Positions 16,900 to 23,628 of a DNA stretch of 32,000 bases are shown here, piece by piece; the stretch's first letter is position 1; each line of letters begins with the position of its first letter. The position numbers were made by a program, and so were the translations under genes. Origin of the DNA: Pseudodesulfovibrio piezophilus C1TLV30 (GTDB lineage Bacteria > Desulfobacterota > Desulfovibrionia > Desulfovibrionales > Desulfovibrionaceae); the NCBI RefSeq assembly GCF_000341895.1, contig NC_020409.1, positions 2,190,001-2,222,000 of the forward strand, read 5' to 3'. The notes under the pieces were generated by a model that was given only the letters and a program-made list of their open reading frames with translations, searched no databases and was not told the DNA's origin.

Positions 16900-18069
16900 A
16901 TGACGACGCCCACATGCCATACCACCCATATGGGATGCCCCTGTTGCCACGGAAGCGATATTATCCGAGACCTCTGGGTCCGGGAACGGACTCCCGCGCT
17001 GAATAATCGTCTCCATGCCACACGAGAACAGGCACTGGCCGCCCCTCTGGGGCGTGTTGCACTGGCGTTGTGCCGAAGCTGCGGCTTTGTCTTCAATCAC
17101 GATTTTGATGACGCTCTCGTCAGATATGACAAAGACTACAACAGCAGTCGCAATGATTCCCCCGCCTATCAGGCTCACCTGGCTGAAACCGCGGATTTCA
17201 TCGCGGCAAGTCTGCCCCGAAAAGCCGGACACCCCGGCAGAGTCCTGGAGATAGGCTGTGGCGATGGCCAATTCCTACGGTACCTGCATGAGAAGGGGAT
17301 GGATGTTTGCGGCTACGACCCAGCCCTGCCCACACACCCTCCATGCCCGAACGGCATGGAACTGCATGGAACATGCTTCGCACCGGAGAGCCGTGAGGAA
17401 CGATACGACGCCCTGGTTCTGCGTCACGTCCTGGAGCACATCCCCACTCCCGGGCTTTTCCTCCGGGAACTGCTGTCCGCACCGAGTCTGGAGTCAAGCA
17501 TGGTCGCCATTGAAGTCCCTGACCTGCAATGGATTCTTGACCACCATGCCCCCTATGACCTGACCTATGAGCACTGCAATTATTTCAGACACGAATCACT
17601 CGTCAATTTAATGAACGAGCTTGGTTTTTCCGAGTATTCTTTTCAGCGAGGATATGGGGGACAGTATCTGATATCAATATTTAAAAGGAACAATTCAAGC
17701 ATAATACGACAAATTACACCTTCTGAAGAAACGATTTTTTCCGCAATGGACACAGCACAAGAACGTTTATTGCATGAATTATTTTCCCATGGCCCTGTCT
17801 CAATCTGGGGCGCATCAGGCAAAGGGGTGCTTTTGACCGCCTCCCTGCCTGATTCCACACTGGGACAAGTCAAAAGGGTCATTGACGTGGACCGGAAGAA
17901 GCAGGGGTTGTTCCTGCCCGGCACCGGACTTGAAGTCTGCCCGCCCGATGTCCTGACCTCGGTCATTGAACCGGGTAGAGTCGTGGTGATGAACCCGGTG
18001 TATACCGATGAGATATCACGGATGCTTGAAGCCATGGGTGTCAAAACGGATGTGACTTGCATAGCTTGA
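16900..18069 (+). CDS. Second Zn-ribbon class I SAM methyltransferase with C-methyltransferase-type C-terminal domain (paralog of 13296-14564)
   Basis: 'CPCCHGSD..CRSCGFVFN' Zn ribbon, 'VLEIGCGDGQFL' SAM motif I, and C-terminal 'SIWGASGKGVLL'. Confidence 0.7.
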   Translation: MTTPTCHTTHMGCPCCHGSDIIRDLWVRERTPALNNRLHATREQALAAPLGRVALALCRSCGFVFNHDFDDALVRYDKDYNSSRNDSPAYQAHLAETADFIAASLPRKAGHPGRVLEIGCGDGQFLRYLHEKGMDVCGYDPALPTHPPCPNGMELHGTCFAPESREERYDALVLRHVLEHIPTPGLFLRELLSAPSLESSMVAIEVPDLQWILDHHAPYDLTYEHCNYFRHESLVNLMNELGFSEYSFQRGYGGQYLISIFKRNNSSIIRQITPSEETIFSAMDTAQERLLHELFSHGPVSIWGASGKGVLLTASLPDSTLGQVKRVIDVDRKKQGLFLPGTGLEVCPPDVLTSVIEPGRVVVMNPVYTDEISRMLEAMGVKTDVTCIA

Positions 18070-18076
18070 GGATCAG

Positions 18077-19255
18077 ATGAAAAAATACTTTATTGATGAC
18101 AACACCTGCACCGCCTACAAGCTGATCCTGAGTCGAGTGGCCAGCTATTACGATGCCAACGGTTGGCAACTTGTTCGAAGCGCCGCCGATGCCGATCTCG
18201 CCATTGCCGGATGTTGCGCAGCCTTCCACAGTCTGGAGGAAGAAGCACTGAACATCGCCAGGAGCGTGGTGAATGAAGGGGCCGGAGAAACAGTCCTCTT
18301 CGGCTGCCTGACCACGGTTTCCCCGGAACAGGCCAAGGCACTGGGAGTGGATCATGTCATTGCTTCGCCGCAATGGAAACGACTGACTGATTTCGTTACC
18401 AACCCGGTGGTGGAACTGGATGCGATTCCGCCATCCACCGAGTTCCGGCTTCAGGAAGAATACCGCATATACGATCCGGGCAAACAGTTTGTCCTGCTAC
18501 AGACTGGGTGTTCCTCGGATTGCCCCCACTGCCCGCACAAACTCGGCATCGGCCCCTTGAAAAGTGTTCCCATGCAAACTCTCCTTGATCAATGTGAAAC
18601 GCTCGTTAAAAACGGCGCGCACACCATCGTGCTGACCGGAAACGACACCGGATCATGGGGAACGGATACGGGCGAGGGGACTTACGTGGAGCTTCTCCGC
18701 GCCATCCTTGATTTTCCGGTCAAGCTGCATCTGGCCCAGATCAACCCCGACTGGGTCGCCCTCTATAGTGAAGCGCTTCTCGATCTGCTGACCGATGACC
18801 GGATCAAGGATTTCCAGACACTGATTCAGACCACCAGCCCGCGTCTGCTTGAAATAATGAATCGCGCTCCCGTCGTCCTTGAACTGGAAGACTTCTTCCT
18901 GCGTCTGCGGGAACTCCGTCCCGATATTTTCCTGCGTACGGACCTGATCATCGGCTATCCGACTTCAACAGAAGAAGAAGACCGGGCCACCGTGGCCTTC
19001 ACGGCCCGCTTTTTCGATGAAGTAGCCGTCCATGCCTACGAACGGTTCCCACATACGCGCATCGAAACCATGGGGCTGCCCTTCCACTCCCGCGAGGTCA
19101 TCGTCGGGCGGGTGGATGAAGCTGTGAACACACTGGAAAAGAGCGGTACCATTCTCGTCCACCGTGGCGGACAGGTCTATGAAACCATGGTCGCCATCGA
19201 ACAACCGAAAAAAACGATACAAACCGATCGGGAACGATCCCCGGGTCAACAATGA
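18077..19255 (+). CDS. MiaB/RimO-like radical SAM enzyme (methylthiotransferase architecture)
   Basis: N-terminal domain with three spaced Cys (C11, C46/C47, C77) like the UPF0004 auxiliary-cluster domain. Radical SAM 'CSSDCPHC' at nt 18509-18532. 392 aa. Confidence 0.75.
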   Translation: MKKYFIDDNTCTAYKLILSRVASYYDANGWQLVRSAADADLAIAGCCAAFHSLEEEALNIARSVVNEGAGETVLFGCLTTVSPEQAKALGVDHVIASPQWKRLTDFVTNPVVELDAIPPSTEFRLQEEYRIYDPGKQFVLLQTGCSSDCPHCPHKLGIGPLKSVPMQTLLDQCETLVKNGAHTIVLTGNDTGSWGTDTGEGTYVELLRAILDFPVKLHLAQINPDWVALYSEALLDLLTDDRIKDFQTLIQTTSPRLLEIMNRAPVVLELEDFFLRLRELRPDIFLRTDLIIGYPTSTEEEDRATVAFTARFFDEVAVHAYERFPHTRIETMGLPFHSREVIVGRVDEAVNTLEKSGTILVHRGGQVYETMVAIEQPKKTIQTDRERSPGQQ

Positions 19256-20190
19256 ACGGCACTCTCCCCAAAATAGAATGGAATGATGAGGTCCTGATCC
19301 CAAGTCACGTCAATATCGAGACACTCTTCGGCTGCAATGCGCACTGCACCATGTGCATCATTGACCAACCCAGCAAGCGACGAAAGGGAGTGATGAAGGA
19401 ACCTCTGTTTCGACATATCATCGACTCCCTCAAACCCCATCGCACCCAGATTCAGAAACTGGACCTCTTCGCCCTGGGCGAACCACTACTCGACCCGGAT
19501 ATCATGGCGCGTATCCGCTATGCCAAGCAGCAGGGCTTCACCGGTATGGCCATCTCGACCAACGCGGACCTGCTGACTGAGCACATGGCGAAGGAACTGC
19601 TCGACACCGGCATAGAAACAGTCATATTCAGCATCGACGGTATTGATGCACCAACCCATGAAGGTATCCGCCGAGGGGTTTGCTTCGAACGTGTCGTCGC
19701 CAATGCCGAGCGAATCATCGCCATGCGCGATCAAGGGAATTTTCCGACTCGTTTTGTTGTTCGTTTCATTCGCCAAGAGTGCAACCGGGATCAATGGCAA
19801 CCATTCGAGCAATACTGGAATGCCCGTCTCTCTGCGGACCGGAACGATCTGCTCCTGAGTTACAACATCCACACCTGGGGTGGGGCCGTCGACTCCAAAG
19901 AAAACGTTCTGGGAGTCTCCCAACGCGATGAAACCATAGAAAAAAGTCCCTGCCATCACATCTTCAACCAGATGATTATTCTGGCGGATGGTACGGTGCC
20001 CCTCTGTTGTGAAGATTTCCTCAATGCAGACATCGCAGTAGGCAATGTATCCGAAACCGATCCCATTGCCGTCTTCAACTCGCCCAGGATGCAGCACCTG
20101 AGAAAAATGCATGTAAACGGAGTCAAGAGCACGATCCCCATGTGCGGCCAATGCACCGTGCTGTATAGTGAAGCGGAGCGACAAGGATAA
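19252..20190 (+). CDS. Radical SAM enzyme with SPASM/twitch-type C-terminal domain (distant paralog of 21-1100)
   Basis: 'FGCNAHCTMC' (nt 19333-19356), 'LGEPLLDP', C-terminal 'SPCHH..DGTVPLCCEDF..IPMCGQCTV'. ATGA overlap upstream. Confidence 0.85.
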   Translation: MNGTLPKIEWNDEVLIPSHVNIETLFGCNAHCTMCIIDQPSKRRKGVMKEPLFRHIIDSLKPHRTQIQKLDLFALGEPLLDPDIMARIRYAKQQGFTGMAISTNADLLTEHMAKELLDTGIETVIFSIDGIDAPTHEGIRRGVCFERVVANAERIIAMRDQGNFPTRFVVRFIRQECNRDQWQPFEQYWNARLSADRNDLLLSYNIHTWGGAVDSKENVLGVSQRDETIEKSPCHHIFNQMIILADGTVPLCCEDFLNADIAVGNVSETDPIAVFNSPRMQHLRKMHVNGVKSTIPMCGQCTVLYSEAERQG

Positions 20191-20196
20191 CCACTC

Positions 20197-21321
20197 ATGC
20201 ATGACCAACTGACACTCATACTCCCTATCCGCGACCGAATTCACTTCATGCGCCGATGGTTTCAGCAGGCGAGAACATTTTCGTTTCCATGGAGAATCCT
20301 GGTCGCCGATGGAAGCCAGGGCGCCCAGAACTCGGATTTTTTCGCCTGCCCGGAACATTTTCAAGGGCTGCATGTGGAACATCAGAAGTACGAGACACCG
20401 GATGATTACGGCGGATTCATGGAGCGTATCTCCCTTTCACTGGATAAAGTGGAAACCCCCTATGTGCTCATTGTTGCTGATGATGACTTTTTCCTGCCAT
20501 CCGGTATTCTGCGCAGCCTGCGATTTCTGGAAAAAAATCCTGACTACATGGCGGCGAGAGGGGAGATCCTTGATTTCACCATTCCCGGAAAAAATGGTCA
20601 GAATGCCTATGGCGACATGGAATTCTATTTTTCGGAACATTACAATGTACCGTCGAGAAACGCTGACAACGTCTATACCCGTTTGGCCCAGCAGTGTGAC
20701 AAATATTGTTGTGCCCTGACAACTGTCCAACGCACGGCCCAGGCCCGCAAACGGTTCAGCTACCTGCGGCACATCAATGCCAGGGAAACGTGGCTTCCTC
20801 TGATGTTCGATGATTTCGGCCTGCTGGCTCAAGGGAAAACCCACCATGGGAAGCATCTCTATGGACTGAAACAGACCAACGCCATCGGCAGTGAAGCCCA
20901 TGCCATCTATGAAAAGGACCCGAGCATCCTCGACTGGATGACCCGTCCGGGGTGGTCCGAGGAAATGAGTAAACTGGTCCCCTATGTCACACGGGAAATA
21001 GCCGAGGCTCAGAATATTCCCTACGCAACGGCCCATGCCGAATTCAAACGGTTATTCATCGCCCGCTATCTGTCACGGCTGATCAGGGTCAAAGGAAAAG
21101 GCGAAGGCACGGCCCTTCCAGGCACCATTGCCCGCAAATTCGAAAAATGGCGGCATGCTCTTAAGAGAAAAATAATATTCAAAAGTAGATACTTGCGTGC
21201 TCAAGCAGCACTCAAACGCTTTCAAAAATCCGAGGAAGTATCCGAATTACAGACGATCCTCGATATCTGCCGCACCCCGTATGACCCGGCAGGAAAAGCA
21301 CCTCACGGAGAAGCACAATGA
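20197..21321 (+). CDS. Hypothetical protein with GT-A (GT2-like) N-terminal half and a long basic C-terminal tail
   Basis: 'LTLILPIRDR', 'ILVADGS', 'VLIVADDDFF' (DxD-like) recall GT2 motifs. The C-terminal 'RKFEKWRHALKRKIIFKSRYLRAQAALKRF' is Lys/Arg-rich. I cannot name a family confidently. Confidence 0.45.
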   Translation: MHDQLTLILPIRDRIHFMRRWFQQARTFSFPWRILVADGSQGAQNSDFFACPEHFQGLHVEHQKYETPDDYGGFMERISLSLDKVETPYVLIVADDDFFLPSGILRSLRFLEKNPDYMAARGEILDFTIPGKNGQNAYGDMEFYFSEHYNVPSRNADNVYTRLAQQCDKYCCALTTVQRTAQARKRFSYLRHINARETWLPLMFDDFGLLAQGKTHHGKHLYGLKQTNAIGSEAHAIYEKDPSILDWMTRPGWSEEMSKLVPYVTREIAEAQNIPYATAHAEFKRLFIARYLSRLIRVKGKGEGTALPGTIARKFEKWRHALKRKIIFKSRYLRAQAALKRFQKSEEVSELQTILDICRTPYDPAGKAPHGEAQ

Positions 21322-22508
21322 AAATTGGAGCACTGATCCCCGCCCGAAACGGATCCAAACGAATCAAGAAAAAGAATATCAAGATGCTGGGAGACCGTCC
21401 GCTGATCTGCTGGACCATTGATACTCTGCTCCAATCAGCTGTCTTCGACACCATCACAGTCTCCACCGAAAGTGGCGAAGTCGCCAGAGTCGTCAACGAA
21501 TACTATCCGGGCGACACTGTTCGGGTTCTGGATCGTCCCGATTCATTGGCACACGACGATGCCCCTCTTTCCGGGGTTATCGAGCACTACCTCTCAGGCA
21601 ACGACTATGAATACTTTGGCCTGTTCATGCCGACTTATCCATTCAGAAAAGTGGAACAACTGAGAGAAGCTGCCTACGCCATACAGACACGCTATCCCTG
21701 GCGCGTGCTCTCCAAAAGCAGCCGTCAGTATGCTTCAATGGATTACTATTACCCCCATGAAGCAGGCGTCAAGCGGGTCTTCCGGCTCCACCCCATGTTC
21801 TGCCCCTCCTCCAACTCTACCTATGTCTTCTCACACCGGAACTGCTATGATAACAGATGGATGCAATACGGCATCAGCGCGGCTGAACGCCTCTACACCA
21901 TGCAGGTGGACCATATTGAAAGCGTTGACATCGACACCCCTGAGGATTTTGCCAAAGCACAGATGATCGCCGAGGGGAGACCTCCGGTGGTTCGGGCACC
22001 GGTCAGCACCCGGTTCGGCGACTGGGTCACCGTGACTCCGAAGGGAGTTGATGCGGAAAAATTCATGCATTTCGTGGGGCAGGAACGGCTCGCCGACACC
22101 AAAAAGCCGCTTCTGATTCTGGGCACCGCCACGCCCCCTCTCAACTTTTACACGATTATGAACAATGCGGTGCGCATGTATTACATGGATCGAGAGGCCG
22201 CCACCTGCTTTCAGTCCGACAAGGTCAACCTGACAGGCAATTCCGCATACATCCCGAAGCATTTCCTGCATGACCAGCATTACCGGATCATGCGCGTCCC
22301 TGAACTGGGGAAAGACGCGGATCACAAGGTCTGGTCACACGCTGAACAGCGCGAAATGGGCTGGCCTCACGGCGGTTTTCACAATGACAGCCAAGGACTT
22401 TACTTTGGTTCCGAATATGGTGATGACGTCCTGCCAAATGACCGGGTCATCTGGCAGGAGGAGCTTGCCAAGCAGGATTTCTATCTCGATCCCATCGAGT
22501 ACCTCTGA
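21318..22508 (+). CDS. Acylneuraminate/ulosonic-acid cytidylyltransferase-like domain (CTP_transf_3, NeuA/PseF/LegF-type) fused to a ~170-aa C-terminal domain of unknown function
   Basis: 'MKIGALIPARNGSKRIKKKNIKMLGDRPLICWTI' is the hallmark N-terminus of CMP-sugar synthetases. Residues ~225-396 show no motif I recognise. ATGA overlap upstream. Confidence 0.75.
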   Translation: MKIGALIPARNGSKRIKKKNIKMLGDRPLICWTIDTLLQSAVFDTITVSTESGEVARVVNEYYPGDTVRVLDRPDSLAHDDAPLSGVIEHYLSGNDYEYFGLFMPTYPFRKVEQLREAAYAIQTRYPWRVLSKSSRQYASMDYYYPHEAGVKRVFRLHPMFCPSSNSTYVFSHRNCYDNRWMQYGISAAERLYTMQVDHIESVDIDTPEDFAKAQMIAEGRPPVVRAPVSTRFGDWVTVTPKGVDAEKFMHFVGQERLADTKKPLLILGTATPPLNFYTIMNNAVRMYYMDREAATCFQSDKVNLTGNSAYIPKHFLHDQHYRIMRVPELGKDADHKVWSHAEQREMGWPHGGFHNDSQGLYFGSEYGDDVLPNDRVIWQEELAKQDFYLDPIEYL

Positions 22509-22535
22509 TTCTTTTTGTGATTTGACAACAAAAAC

Positions 22536-22569
22536 ATGCCCCCGAAAGGATATTTGCTTTCAGGGGCAT
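22536..22569. terminator. Bidirectional hairpin terminator between convergent operons
   Basis: ATGCCCCCGAAAG (22536-22548) pairs with CTTTCAGGGGCAT (22557-22569): 13-bp stem with one mismatch and an 8-nt loop. It is flanked by A-rich sequence upstream and T-containing sequence downstream, between stops at 22508 (+) and 22602 (-). Confidence 0.6.
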
Positions 22570-22601
22570 AATTCGCTGTTCAGGGAAGCCCCTCCCAAGG
22601 C

Positions 22602-23567
22602 TCAGCCAAGTGCGTGGGCAAAGTCCTCGGGCGCCGCAGCAAGCAGATCCGGTGAGCCGAATTCGGCAAGAACCCGAATAAAATCGGGTCGATCATCCAC
22701 TGTTTTCATGAAATATTTGTAGAACTTCTGCGGTTCGGGTGCATGAGCCAACGCCTGTACCAGATATTCCCGCGCCGCGTCATGGGCTCCCATCCAGAAG
22801 CAGCTCTCTGATCCCCAGAGCATCAATCCTGCCAGGGCACGGTCATGGAGATGGCCGTAACGAGCCATATTACCGGCTTCCGAAAAAAACCGGTCGAGGA
22901 CGTATTGCTTGGCGCTCACATGGTTGACAACTTCGTCCGGGCGACGACTTTTGTTGTCGTGCCAACGATACATGGTGACGAACTCCGGTATGTGGACAAA
23001 GGGGAATCGACAAGCCAGACGAACCCACATCTCATAATCCCCGCAGTCGGTCATGGATTCGTCCACATGAAAACCGACCTCGCGAAATTTCTCGCAACTG
23101 ATAAAGGCAGCTTGAGCCGGCGGCACGATTTCCACACAAAGCAATTGTTCCAGATCGTAGTCAGGGGCGATGAAGTCCGAGATATGGAGGCTCTCACCAT
23201 CGACAATATGCTCGTCACCATAGATGACAGCGGCTTCCGGGTGCGCGGCAAAATGTTTTACCGCCCACGAGCAGGCATGAGGCAGCAGGGCGTCATCCCC
23301 GTTCAAAACTATGAGAATATCACCGGTCACACGCTGCAAAGCCCGGTTCAACCCCTCATATTCTCCACTATCCGGCTCAGAGCGCCAGAAAAGATTCCCA
23401 TGATTAAGGGAGGCAAGATATTCGCCAGTGCCGTCATCAGACCCGGCATCCTGGAGTATATGCTCCACATGAGGCCAATCCTGCGCCTGCACACTTTCAA
23501 TGCATTCCCTAAGATAGGGCATTCCCCGAAAGCAGGTGGTCACGACCGAAACAACTGGTTCACGCAT
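22602..23567 (-). CDS. GT2-family glycosyltransferase with C-terminal TPR-like helical tail
   Basis: 'VSVVTTCFRGMPYLRECIESVQAQDWPHVEHILQDAGSDDGT' and 'VLNGDD' (DxD) are classic GT2 motifs. The tail is 'GAHDAAREYLVQALAHAPEP'. GGGGAA RBS precedes the ATG. Confidence 0.8.
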   Translation of the reverse strand: MREPVVSVVTTCFRGMPYLRECIESVQAQDWPHVEHILQDAGSDDGTGEYLASLNHGNLFWRSEPDSGEYEGLNRALQRVTGDILIVLNGDDALLPHACSWAVKHFAAHPEAAVIYGDEHIVDGESLHISDFIAPDYDLEQLLCVEIVPPAQAAFISCEKFREVGFHVDESMTDCGDYEMWVRLACRFPFVHIPEFVTMYRWHDNKSRRPDEVVNHVSAKQYVLDRFFSEAGNMARYGHLHDRALAGLMLWGSESCFWMGAHDAAREYLVQALAHAPEPQKFYKYFMKTVDDRPDFIRVLAEFGSPDLLAAAPEDFAHALG

Positions 23568-23628
23568 TCGTTTTCCCCACGTCTATTCAAGATCGGGCCA
23601 GCGGCCCGGACACTGTTGCTGCCGGGCT

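Noticed and set aside
19486-20382. 298-aa minus-strand ORF across the SPASM radical SAM / GT-A-like junction
   Set aside because: It is antisense to a gene with clear CxxxCxxC and SPASM motifs, crosses a gene boundary, and has no motifs of its own.
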